Source: a virus (lineage: Duplodnaviria; Caudoviricetes). From it: DNA of 32,596 nt. Location of the stretch: the IMG/VR virus record IMGVR_UViG_3300048576_000522, positions 1-32,596 of that record. One strand, given 5' to 3'. The notes under the pieces were generated by a model. The model saw only the letters and a list, made by a program, of their open reading frames with translations. It had not been told where the DNA came from and did not search any database. How positions within the stretch are numbered: position 1 is the stretch's first letter; each line of letters starts with the position of its first letter. Shown piece after piece: positions 1 through 8,793 of the stretch. A program made the position numbers and the translations under genes.

Positions 1-1044
1 TTAATAAACCACTTTAACAACACTTTTACCCGATGTATCTGTAATTGACATGATATTGGCTGATTCAGTTTCTCCTCTATTAGTTAAAGTGTGAGCCAGA
101 AAATATTTTACTACTCCCTCAACAGTTCGGCTGACAACCCGGACAATATCGCCAATCTGAAATATTGGAAATGTTTCTTTTAGCAGTATTGTTTCATTTT
201 GCTCTACATGCTCGATTAAAATTTCAGGAAACTCTAAATATTCTGCCGTGTTTTCTGGCGGACTTAGTTCCATATTTGTCACAGCCGGGTCTGCTGCGAC
301 TTTATAAGTGGAATTATTTGGCTCATAATATATTATTTCTTCCTTCAGATATGGATCATCCGCAGGATTCCAGGATTTATATGTTTTTCCGTAAATTCGT
401 CCTTCATAAGTATTATTGCCTGGATATTCTGTTGTTAATTCGCCCGCATCGACATTTGGTTCATCCGGCACTTTTGAAAGGATTACCCATAACGCGCTTT
501 CACCTCCGCCTGCGCTACCTCCCCCAAATCTGATTATGCCCCATTTATCGCCCGTTCCTGGCTCTTTCCATAAAATTAACGCTGCACCTGATTCTGTGCT
601 TTTTAATTTGGTTTTATCGTCAGTTTCAATGTCGGCGCAGGTATGTGCTTCATCAATAACGTTTATTTTTACCACTGTAAATCCAGCTGCATATGCTCTG
701 CCAATTGAACCTGCTGCAATCGGCTCGCAAGTTATCACAAATCTACCGCCGCTGTGACTTGCCGCTGATGGTGATACACCTGTAAAGCAAATGCTATCTT
801 TAAAACTATTGCTGTTCACATCGATTTCAGTACCAGATATGCCAAGGATTCCAAATCTATCAACCAGTACATCCGTTGTATTTTTTACAAAAACTATGTT
901 TGAAGGCAAGGCTTGAAATGCATTTGCATTTAGGTCGCTTTTTCTTTTTACATAATCCTGCGCTGCGTCAACCATAGCATTATACGTACTTGCGGGGATT
1001 CTGAGCTTATCGCCATTTCTGACTTTTTTAAATGTATCAGCCAT
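1..1044 (-). CDS. Phage tail (tip/fiber-region) protein
   Basis: 347-aa ORF two genes downstream of the tape measure gene. A Gly linker (GGGSAGGG) separates two domains. The call is positional. Confidence 0.55.
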   Translation of the reverse strand: MADTFKKVRNGDKLRIPASTYNAMVDAAQDYVKRKSDLNANAFQALPSNIVFVKNTTDVLVDRFGILGISGTEIDVNSNSFKDSICFTGVSPSAASHSGGRFVITCEPIAAGSIGRAYAAGFTVVKINVIDEAHTCADIETDDKTKLKSTESGAALILWKEPGTGDKWGIIRFGGGSAGGGESALWVILSKVPDEPNVDAGELTTEYPGNNTYEGRIYGKTYKSWNPADDPYLKEEIIYYEPNNSTYKVAADPAVTNMELSPPENTAEYLEFPEILIEHVEQNETILLKETFPIFQIGDIVRVVSRTVEGVVKYFLAHTLTNRGETESANIMSITDTSGKSVVKVVY

Positions 1045-1872
1045 TTAATCTCCAAGCCCTAATGCAGAAAAACTTGCCGATGGATAGACTTCATGGACAT
1101 ATACAGATTTTGGAATTTGAATAAGACAATTCTGGTCTGTGCTTTTTTCGTACCTGACCCACAGATACTCCCAACCTTTTTTATTTATTCCTGTGATACT
1201 TCCTATTGTGATATTAGTTTTATTTGGACTTGCTGCAAATTTATATGTTATTTCCCAATCCCCAAAACGCCCGCTTTTCGCTCCAGATGCTCCTGCAAAT
1301 AAAACCTCACCTGCTGCAAAGCCATGCCAATTGCTGGCATTAACCTTTCCAACCAGATTGAATATTGATAATTTAAAACCTGTATCAATATTGAGCTTGT
1401 TTACAACTCTTGTCTCGCTGAAGTTAAAAACAGGCACAATAATATCAATGCCATTTACAGAATTATCATCGACATTAATTGCCCCTTGAAAGTCAGGTGC
1501 GTTGGCTCCATATTTATGGACTTGCAGCGGAGATATTGTTTGCGTAATTTTCTGTGTTCCGCCACCTGTATCGAAACTATATTCAAATTTATCTTCTTCT
1601 TTTTCATTATAGTTATAGTTTACAGTGCCAAGCCATAGCCTATCTGAAATTTGTTCGACATCATAAGAAGCCCTGGGAATTTCTGCTGTTCCCCATTTGT
1701 CGGGGGCATTGTCAACAAGTGCTTGAATAGCTTCGCCATCATCGCTGGTTGAATTGGGATTTAACGCGTCATAAGTTTGAGTTATGATATATTCAACGCT
1801 CGCACTTCGTGCATTACCACCGCTGCGTTTTCGTCCCGACCATCTTTCTTCAACTTTAAATGTCGCGGCCAT
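1045..1872 (-). CDS. Minor tail protein (distal-tail/hub-like position)
   Basis: 275-aa beta-rich ORF immediately after the tape measure gene and abutting both neighbours. Confidence 0.6.
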   Translation of the reverse strand: MAATFKVEERWSGRKRSGGNARSASVEYIITQTYDALNPNSTSDDGEAIQALVDNAPDKWGTAEIPRASYDVEQISDRLWLGTVNYNYNEKEEDKFEYSFDTGGGTQKITQTISPLQVHKYGANAPDFQGAINVDDNSVNGIDIIVPVFNFSETRVVNKLNIDTGFKLSIFNLVGKVNASNWHGFAAGEVLFAGASGAKSGRFGDWEITYKFAASPNKTNITIGSITGINKKGWEYLWVRYEKSTDQNCLIQIPKSVYVHEVYPSASFSALGLGD

Positions 1873-1874
1873 GA

Positions 1875-3944
1875 TTATTCCCCAAATTCCATGCCGCCAT
1901 CAGCAGTATTGTCTGCGATTTCCTCTGTGGCAGCCGCTGTGCGCATTGAAGCATCGGCAATTTTCTGCATTACACCGCCTGCTCCCATTTGGCCCAGGCC
2001 AAACGAGCTGAATGTTCCTGCAATCGATGCCTTATCAAGACCGCTCGGTTGCCAGTCTTTTTTGGGCACAGTGAGAGCTTTTGCGGTTGGAGCAACAGGC
2101 TCTTTGGCTTTCGCCACTGCCGCATTAAATTCATTCTTGGTTTTTGCAAGCTCTGTTGCTGTTTCTTGTGAGGCTTTTTTGTTTTCGTCAATTATATTTT
2201 TCAGGCCATCTTCAACGTACTTGTTTGCACCGCTCATTCCGGAGTCAAATTCATTCTTTGATTGTGTGCGTCTTTTTGCTCTGCGTGCTTCGATATCTGC
2301 TAAAGAGTCTTCTTTGTCCTTTTCGATTGCAGCACGTTTAGCTTCTGCTTCCTTGTCTATTTGCAGAAGTTTTGAACTGGCTGCGTCCTCTCGATCTTTT
2401 TTATCCTGGGCAAAACTATCTTCTAATACTTTTTCAGCCGCTGTTGCATCGAACTTGGAATCAGTAATCTTTTTCCACCAAACCCAAACTCGCATAAGTT
2501 TTTTAGCTACCCAGTCAATGGTATTGGCCCACCACTGGTTAAATGTGACCCATATTGACTGAAAGAATTGAACACAATCAACCCATGCAGTTTTTAATAG
2601 TGCTACAGCACGCGCCCAAGTTCTTTGTATAAATGCAACTGTCTCTGCAAAAGCAACCTCAATGCTGTAAACGGTTGCATACCAGCTAGCCGCAATTGAG
2701 TACACAAGCGCATACCAGATTTCAGCGATAAATAATTTTATGCTGTTCCAGTAGCCAAGCATCCATTCTTTTGCCCGCAGCCATTCCATTTTTAAAAATA
2801 GCCATGCAATGCGAGCAGCTGTTCCAATATCACCATTGGCAAGTGCTGCGGTAATACCGCCTATAGCATTTGTTGCGTCAGTTTTTAAAGTATTGAAACA
2901 GCCTCCCAGCCAATTAAGCAGTTGACCGCCATATCCTGTGAAATATAAAAATACGCCGGTCAATGCTGTAACCGCTGTAATTATCATGCCAATAGGTGAC
3001 ATTAAAAACATTAAAGCGGTTCTAACAACTGAAAAACCTGTTCTAATTACCGCAACAGCCTTACTTACAAAAATCATTGCATAACCAAATGCGACGAATG
3101 CACCTCCAGCCGCCACAAGTGATGCGGCCAATATTAAAACCATGCGAACAAGCCCGCGGTTTTCTTTAATCCAATTTGATATTTTGCCGACAAGGACAGC
3201 AATTTTATTCGATAAATCGGTAATAATCGGAGCAATAGCTGCGCCGATATTAGCAAAAGACATTTTTATTGTGCGCCACATGCGGTTTAAAGCATCGTTA
3301 AGTTCCTCCGCTGATGCTGCATCTTCGCTTGATAAAACAAGACCAAGCTGTTTAGCTTCCTCCATCAATTCATCTAATCCGGCTGCTCCTTTTTCCAGCA
3401 TAGGTAGTAACGATGTGCCGCTTTTGCCTAAAAGTTTCATAGCAATTGCAGCACGCTGGGATGGGTCTTGAATCTGGCTTAATCTATCTGCTAAAAGCCT
3501 GAATTGATCCTCTGGCTTTAAATTTTTAAATGAAGCAGCATTAAGTCCAAGCATCGCAAATATATCTGTTGTTGTTTTTAAACCCATATTTGCATCGAGA
3601 ATACTCTGCTGCATTTTACGGATACCTTTTTCAAGCGTTTCCATATTGCTTCCGGATTGTTCAGCAGCAAACCCTAGCGCACTTAAAGACTCGACAGAAA
3701 CACCTGTCCTTTTCGACATCTTTGCAATATTGTCGCCAAATGTGGAGAAGTATTTTGCAGCACCTATCAGTGGTGTTAAAATTGCAGTACCAGCGCCCAT
3801 CATCTTTGCGCCGAAAGAGGAAATGGACTGTCCCCATTTTTTAATATCAGCTTCAGCGGCCCTGAGTCCTCGCATTAATTTGCTTTTATCTGCAAAGATT
3901 TCAACATATGCAGCGCCTGCTTTTATTGCACTTGAATTTGCCAT
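1875..3944 (-). CDS. Tail tape measure protein
   Basis: Ala/Gly-rich helical protein starting MANSSAIKAGAAYVEI, with a TMP-type core (SKRTGVSVESLSALGFAAEQSG), hydrophobic segments and periodic Trp. ATG at 3944 is preferred because the 3971 start falls inside a palindromic repeat. Confidence 0.9.
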   Translation of the reverse strand: MANSSAIKAGAAYVEIFADKSKLMRGLRAAEADIKKWGQSISSFGAKMMGAGTAILTPLIGAAKYFSTFGDNIAKMSKRTGVSVESLSALGFAAEQSGSNMETLEKGIRKMQQSILDANMGLKTTTDIFAMLGLNAASFKNLKPEDQFRLLADRLSQIQDPSQRAAIAMKLLGKSGTSLLPMLEKGAAGLDELMEEAKQLGLVLSSEDAASAEELNDALNRMWRTIKMSFANIGAAIAPIITDLSNKIAVLVGKISNWIKENRGLVRMVLILAASLVAAGGAFVAFGYAMIFVSKAVAVIRTGFSVVRTALMFLMSPIGMIITAVTALTGVFLYFTGYGGQLLNWLGGCFNTLKTDATNAIGGITAALANGDIGTAARIAWLFLKMEWLRAKEWMLGYWNSIKLFIAEIWYALVYSIAASWYATVYSIEVAFAETVAFIQRTWARAVALLKTAWVDCVQFFQSIWVTFNQWWANTIDWVAKKLMRVWVWWKKITDSKFDATAAEKVLEDSFAQDKKDREDAASSKLLQIDKEAEAKRAAIEKDKEDSLADIEARRAKRRTQSKNEFDSGMSGANKYVEDGLKNIIDENKKASQETATELAKTKNEFNAAVAKAKEPVAPTAKALTVPKKDWQPSGLDKASIAGTFSSFGLGQMGAGGVMQKIADASMRTAAATEEIADNTADGGMEFGE

Positions 3945-3958
3945 TATACACCTAAAAA

Positions 3959-4102
3959 AAATCCTAAGCACGAAACCCTAAATCCTAAACAAATTCAAAA
4001 TCTAAATTTCCAAATGCCCAAAACATGCGATTTGCAATTTAGAACATTTGGATTTTGGTAATTCGAATTTGTTTCGTATTTCGATATTTAGATTTCGGAT
4101 TT
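3959..4102. repeat. Imperfect palindrome built of 7-bp units (AAATCCT-like)
   Basis: The left arm AAATCCT AAGCACG AAACCCT AAATCCT AAAC AAATTC mirrors the right arm, whose reverse complement reads AAATCCG AAATCTA AATATCG AAATACG AAAC AAATTC. Confidence 0.8.
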
Positions 4103-4541
4103 ATTTGAATATTTTCCCAACGAATGCTTCTTTAAATAATCTTCTGGACTCTTCATCCTTAACTTCAATCGCATTTGCCCGCTTCCGTTTTTTTGCAAAA
4201 TATGGATTAAAATCCATAGGATGATATGTTTTACTCTTTTTCGGGTCGCTATTGATGTTGCACAATAGTGCCATGAGTGCAGAAACTCTATTCCACTCCA
4301 TTCTATCGCGAAACTCAATCGCTTCGCTCATCCACCATAATTCACGCAGTGTCAGTGGCGCGGGGTCAACACCTAATAATCCGGCTATGATGTAGATTGT
4401 TCGCCAAATATTTCCGTCAGCTTTTGATTCACATCTATCTCGTCCATTTTCTGCGTCACCCGCGCAATCGCGATATTTATCATCTTCTGCTGGGTCGCTG
4501 CCGCTTTGGCTCTGTCGGTCCGACCCCGTTTCTGGAAAAAA
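4101..4541 (-). CDS. Tail assembly chaperone gpT-like frame (probably made as a G-T fusion by -1 frameshift)
   Basis: This frame is stop-free from 4541 to 4101 (FFPETG...IWRTIYIIAGLLGVDPAPLTLRELWWMSEA...DFNPYF). It opens exactly at the slippery heptamer T TTT TTC (4535-4541) and lies just before the tape measure gene. Confidence 0.8.
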   Translation of the reverse strand, partial: FFPETGSDRQSQSGSDPAEDDKYRDCAGDAENGRDRCESKADGNIWRTIYIIAGLLGVDPAPLTLRELWWMSEAIEFRDRMEWNRVSALMALLCNINSDPKKSKTYHPMDFNPYFAKKRKRANAIEVKDEESRRLFKEAFVGKIFK

Positions 4542-4831
4542 TCAATTATCTCACTGTAAAAGGCCGTTTGTGCAGCAAGTATCACATCACCGCCAAGGGC
4601 CTGACCAAATTGCTCGCTTGAAATGTTTTGCGAATCCGCCTGGGGCTTGACCATAACAAAAAGTACATCGCAAAGTAGAATTTCATCTGTGCCAAGCCTT
4701 GTCAGTAGCGGTGGATCACCAGCCTCCGGCTCAAGTAAATTAACACCCAATAAATCACGGACGCGTTTTGCGCTATCGATGGTCAACGAGATTGTCCATG
4801 TTCTTCCCGCGCTATCTGTAAAAGTTTTCAT
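4385..4831 (-). CDS. Tail assembly chaperone gpG-like
   Basis: 148 aa, between the tail tube and tape measure genes. Contains GAT TTT TTC (D-F-F), the slippery site. Confidence 0.8.
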   Translation of the reverse strand: MKTFTDSAGRTWTISLTIDSAKRVRDLLGVNLLEPEAGDPPLLTRLGTDEILLCDVLFVMVKPQADSQNISSEQFGQALGGDVILAAQTAFYSEIIDFFQKRGRTDRAKAAATQQKMINIAIARVTQKMDEIDVNQKLTEIFGEQSTS

Positions 4832-4849
4832 ACATACCTCTCTATAATA

Positions 4850-5299
4850 TTAACCGCCTACTACAATATCTTCCCAGGCCAAGTACTTGCTTAGCTTGGC
4901 TGTGACATCAACTGTAATGGCTTCTTCTAAATTTTCTTTTCTATCAAACTTTGTAATTGCAAAATTACCACGTGGGCCAGAGCTTCCATCGGCGTCTTTT
5001 GCACCAGTTAATGCGGCAAGACAAACTGTAGTGCTGTTGAGCATTGCAGTTTTTATCGCTGTAAAAAACGCATCGCCAGGTTTCCAATTCATTGTCCACG
5101 ACAATTCGCATTCACGAAGTGTTGCTGCTGTTGCCCGCCAGCCGCTATTTGCGCGTGTGCTGATATCACATTCACCAGCTGAAACCGAAACTGTCAAATC
5201 TTTTACGTTGGATGCTTCCGTCATTGCTGATAATTCCGCATCGTCTGTGCCGTGATATAATTTTGCATTAATGCCTAAAATAAAATCTGCTGCTGCCAT
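4850..5299 (-). CDS. Major tail (tube) protein
   Basis: 149 aa beta-rich protein (NVKDLTVSVSAGECDISTRANSGWR) directly upstream of the chaperone genes. Confidence 0.8.
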   Translation of the reverse strand: MAAADFILGINAKLYHGTDDAELSAMTEASNVKDLTVSVSAGECDISTRANSGWRATAATLRECELSWTMNWKPGDAFFTAIKTAMLNSTTVCLAALTGAKDADGSSGPRGNFAITKFDRKENLEEAITVDVTAKLSKYLAWEDIVVGG

Positions 5300-5322
5300 A
5301 GAACTAATTCCTTATAAAAAAG

Positions 5323-5775
5323 TTATTTTTTTACACTGTTTTGCCATAAAGCTGCCATTTTCGGCTGGTTTGTTTCTAACGCAGGCGACATAAATGGTCG
5401 CGCAGCGATATGAACATTCTTACCTTTTATTCTTGTATTGCCGCTATATTCAAGCGTATGCGGTACGTCTTTGCCCTTAGCATTTAATGCAACCGGCCCA
5501 ACAAGAACTGATCTGCTGGAAGGATCGAACGAGTAATAAATATAGTTTCGAAGCAGGCCCGTATGACTCAGTGGCGGTTTACCGGGTTTACTTACCGCAG
5601 TATGTGACGATGCTTTCTTAATAGACCTTCTGGCTGTAAGTCGTATCATACCGCCAATTCGGTTTAATACTTTACGCGTGGCTGAATCTACAGCGTTAAT
5701 TACTGCCGGACTATCAAAGAACAAAGTTTTTACTTTGCAAAGAGACTGGCCGAAATTAGAGACTTTTGCTGCCAT
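5323..5775 (-). CDS. Neck/tail-completion protein (HK97 gp10-like)
   Basis: Basic 150-aa protein with SKPGKPPLSHTGLLRN, LEYSG and IAARPFMSPAL motifs. The ATG at 5775 overlaps the upstream stop (TAATG). Confidence 0.7.
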   Translation of the reverse strand: MAAKVSNFGQSLCKVKTLFFDSPAVINAVDSATRKVLNRIGGMIRLTARRSIKKASSHTAVSKPGKPPLSHTGLLRNYIYYSFDPSSRSVLVGPVALNAKGKDVPHTLEYSGNTRIKGKNVHIAARPFMSPALETNQPKMAALWQNSVKK

Positions 5776-6269
5776 TAGCCAAAATACCCGAAAAATAAAT
5801 CCGCACGTGTCACATTCGTAAGTGAAATTACTTCCGCAGCAATCCACGCAATATCGAGCCCATCAAAACTTACTGTTGTCATCAGATTATTACCGCTATT
5901 TACTGCTTTAATATCTGTAGGCCAGTATGAAGTGATCGCCGCTGAATCGGCATATCTTGTTAATGTTGTTTCTTCTTGTGTTTGCGGGTCTTTATTACAG
6001 ACCATCGTTCCTAATGTAAATGTAATATCCGCGATGAGCTGTGCTGGGCCCGAGTCTATATTCCGTCCGCCCCAGAGACGAACACCGACAGTTCCGTTTT
6101 CATCACCTATCGCTGCTAAGATAAGTTCCAGACCCCTGATTGTGGCGGCATTAATGCCTTCAGCATATGCAGGTTTACTATCGAAAGTATTTGCATCGAG
6201 AGCCGGATTATCAACTGCCTCAACTGTGCGTAACAACTGCCAACCTGAATTATTCCTTGAATTCTGCAT
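5775..6269 (-). CDS. Hypothetical protein in morphogenesis cluster
   Basis: 164-aa ORF co-oriented with and coupled to the downstream gene. Confidence 0.6.
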   Translation of the reverse strand: MQNSRNNSGWQLLRTVEAVDNPALDANTFDSKPAYAEGINAATIRGLELILAAIGDENGTVGVRLWGGRNIDSGPAQLIADITFTLGTMVCNKDPQTQEETTLTRYADSAAITSYWPTDIKAVNSGNNLMTTVSFDGLDIAWIAAEVISLTNVTRADLFFGYFG

Positions 6270-6300
6270 TTATATACTCATTTAACTTTTATAAAATTTC

Positions 6301-6360
6301 TCGGCCATTGGGCCGAATCATCTGTTTTTCACTTTTAGTTTTTAACTTTTCACTTTTAAA
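6301..6360. repeat. Hairpin plus five tandem degenerate heptamers
   Basis: TCGGCC-attg-GGCCGA at 6301-6316, then TTTTCAC TTTTAGT TTTTAAC TTTTCAC TTTTAAA at 6326-6360, in an intergenic gap. Confidence 0.6.
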
Positions 6361-7261
6361 CAAACCTATTTAATCTTCTAAATGGACTTGCCGGAGCAAG
6401 CGTACCTGTCACATTGCCGCAAACAACACCTTTTCTTAAATTTGCTGCATCAGGTATAAGAGCTAAAATAGATGGATTTGGATTGCCCCAAATTTCCCAA
6501 TAATTATCTGGATTTGGTGTATAAATCATGCTTCCAGTTACCGGCATAGACCACTCCGAGCTTATCATATTGCAGCCGTTAAGAATTGCGGGAAATGCCA
6601 TGCTTTTAACAGCTTCGCAAAATGAACCACTGCCAGCAATTAAAGTTGAATTTTCAATTATGCAGCTACCGTCTTCTAAGCGAATGGCATTTGCATCAAA
6701 ACCTGTGCCGCCGATAAGAGTACAATTATTAATGTACAAGTTTGCAATATCATTATATTGCGCACTAAATACACAAGATGCATATTCTCCTTCAGCGAGT
6801 AGTGTTCCATTGTAAATATTTGCAAAAGTGGTCATGCCGGTCAACTGCACACCAATCGAATAATCGCCGGTAGCTATAATATCACCATACATATTCAAAG
6901 TGGTATTGTCTTGATACATACATATTGCGCCGTTTTCGGTGCCGTTTGCTATCAAATCTCCAAAAATAGTTACATCGGAGTTTGGCTGTATATCAATACT
7001 GCTGTACTGTGTATTATTTTCAATATCTGCATGTATGACAAGACCTGTACCAGAAAATCTGAAAAAATTATTATCACATACTAATTTAGCACATGTCAAA
7101 TTTGTACTGATTGTAAAGATTTTGCCATTTGAGAAAAAAGTATCATTACTATAGTCAGTTACCGCAGTATCAAGCCAATCGCCTGAACCGTTTGCGGCCG
7201 AATTCCACTGATGATATGCATTGAAATTTTGTCCAACAAGTTGTGCGTACCAGTTTGCCAT
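6356..7261 (-). CDS. Putative beta-helix/fiber-like virion protein
   Basis: 301 aa rich in Asn/Gly/Ile/Thr with repeating units (IFGDLIANG, MYGDIIATG, IYNGTLLAEG, INNCTLIGG, IENSTLIAG). Confidence 0.55.
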   Translation of the reverse strand: MANWYAQLVGQNFNAYHQWNSAANGSGDWLDTAVTDYSNDTFFSNGKIFTISTNLTCAKLVCDNNFFRFSGTGLVIHADIENNTQYSSIDIQPNSDVTIFGDLIANGTENGAICMYQDNTTLNMYGDIIATGDYSIGVQLTGMTTFANIYNGTLLAEGEYASCVFSAQYNDIANLYINNCTLIGGTGFDANAIRLEDGSCIIENSTLIAGSGSFCEAVKSMAFPAILNGCNMISSEWSMPVTGSMIYTPNPDNYWEIWGNPNPSILALIPDAANLRKGVVCGNVTGTLAPASPFRRLNRFV

Positions 7262-7560
7262 TATATCGCTTTCCTTATAGAATTTATTGCTCCTATTACC
7301 GAAACAAGCCCATCAAATAACGACGCAACTTGCGGAGCAAGCGATACCAAATCGGCCGGCAAGTTCATAATATCAGGTATTCTTATACTTGCGTGCTGTC
7401 CTGTTGCTTTTATCCAAGCCCCATCGTTATTAATTGCACCGGCCAAATTAATATTTGCAGATACCCGCAATTGACCGTTTACAATTCTTGACGATAGAAC
7501 AATATTTGACGCATAAACTGCATTTGGTGTTTCTATCTGTGTCTCAACTGGTAAAGGCAT
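7261..7560 (-). CDS. Hypothetical protein
   Basis: 99-aa ORF whose stop overlaps the next start (TAATG). Confidence 0.6.
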   Translation of the reverse strand: MPLPVETQIETPNAVYASNIVLSSRIVNGQLRVSANINLAGAINNDGAWIKATGQHASIRIPDIMNLPADLVSLAPQVASLFDGLVSVIGAINSIRKAI

Positions 7561-7571
7561 TTTTTGATTTC

Positions 7572-7991
7572 CTATTCAATTACTTTGAAATTAAATGTAA
7601 CAACGCTTGTAAAAACACTCGGAGGCTGGATATGCTCGACCGAATATAAAGGATCAATGGATTGCTTGAAACATACAGCGCCGATATCCTGATAAACTTT
7701 ATTACGAAAACTTTTAGCAATAGCCAAAACAAGCTCGGTTAGAGCTGTAACTTCAATATCATCCGGCGTTTTTACTGCTTTTTGGACGGCAATATCTACC
7801 TGGTAATCGAATTCACTGCTGTTTCTGCTGGCATTCGTGATATTTACACTCTTTGGAACGACAGTAACTTTTAAATTTGATAAATCTTTGAGTTCATAAA
7901 ATGGAAACAATGTCTTTACCGCAGAAAACGGCAATGCGAAACTGCTTTCATTTAAACTTTGAACAATTTTTTCAGCTAATTGCAATACCAT
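7572..7991 (-). CDS. Putative tail terminator/head-tail connector protein
   Basis: 139 aa alpha/beta protein ending FTSVVTFNFKV, located in the neck cluster. Confidence 0.55.
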   Translation of the reverse strand: MVLQLAEKIVQSLNESSFALPFSAVKTLFPFYELKDLSNLKVTVVPKSVNITNASRNSSEFDYQVDIAVQKAVKTPDDIEVTALTELVLAIAKSFRNKVYQDIGAVCFKQSIDPLYSVEHIQPPSVFTSVVTFNFKVIE

Positions 7992-7992
7992 A

Positions 7993-8328
7993 TCACTCTT
8001 CGTCCTTTTTCACAGCGGCAAGACCATCGGGATTATCCATCTTAAATGCATTTGCATCTAACAAACATGGCCGCTCGCGACATACTGCACAAAAAGTCTG
8101 AATTGCATTTATGAGCCGTTCCTCCTGCGAGCTTTTTTCCTTAATAAGTTTTTGAAGAGAGGCAACCAGGCAGTAATTGCTGTACATAAGATATGCAACT
8201 AACGCGAAGCACAGCCCTAATTCGCCATATTTCATGAATTCATCTGCAACGGTAACCACTTCAGTGCTAGTTGAAGCCAGCATGAAAAATGGTACACCGG
8301 ATAAAATTATCTTCGTTGTCAGTGACAT
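7993..8328 (-). CDS. Small membrane protein (holin-like candidate)
   Basis: Two hydrophobic stretches (IILSGVPFFMLAS; LGLCFALVAYLMYSNYCLVASL) followed by a charged coiled-coil tail. Confidence 0.4.
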   Translation of the reverse strand: MSLTTKIILSGVPFFMLASTSTEVVTVADEFMKYGELGLCFALVAYLMYSNYCLVASLQKLIKEKSSQEERLINAIQTFCAVCRERPCLLDANAFKMDNPDGLAAVKKDEE

Positions 8329-8331
8329 AAA

Positions 8332-8685
8332 TTAGATTTCCTTTGTATGAAAGCGAATAATTTTGTGATAAGGATCTCTGTATCGCCAGCAGCCATCACC
8401 AATAAATTGTGCTTCGTATAGTGCACTATCCGTTTGGATTTGATCACCTGCTTTTGGCAGCGTTAATAAACCGTCAATGATCAAATCCGATGCGGTAAAT
8501 AAAAAATCTGTTACCTGCCCGCCAATTTGAAAGCCTGACTCATCTTCTACCTTGTAGTCTGTCTTTCCAAAACTGGCGCAGATATTTATGCTATCTGCGC
8601 CACGTTTATAAATTACAGTTTCCGATGCATGTGCTTTGAGCTTTTCAGCTAAAAAATCAATTCCTTGTTTCAGCAAGTTTGCCAT
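8332..8685 (-). CDS. Head-closure/head-tail joining protein (gpFII-like)
   Basis: 117 aa with DFLF..SDL, PKAGDQI and WRYRDPY..IIRFHTK; located downstream of the capsid and decoration genes. Confidence 0.65.
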   Translation of the reverse strand: MANLLKQGIDFLAEKLKAHASETVIYKRGADSINICASFGKTDYKVEDESGFQIGGQVTDFLFTASDLIIDGLLTLPKAGDQIQTDSALYEAQFIGDGCWRYRDPYHKIIRFHTKEI

Positions 8686-8702
8686 AAAATTTTAAAATTT
8701 CT

Positions 8703-8793
8703 AAATCCTAATATCTAAGCCCTAAACAAATCCCAATTACCAAAATTCGAATTTTAAAATTATTTAGAATTTAGGGTTTAGTATTTAGGATTT
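8703..8793. repeat. Second heptamer-built imperfect palindrome
   Basis: AAATCCT AATATCT AAGCCCT AAAC on the left; the right arm reverse complement reads AAATCCT AAATACT AAACCCT AAATTCT. Same family as 3959-4102. Confidence 0.8.

Noticed and set aside
1777-2562. 261-aa plus-strand ORF and similar plus-strand ORFs across structural genes
   Set aside because: Antisense shadows of well-supported minus-strand genes, with no motifs.
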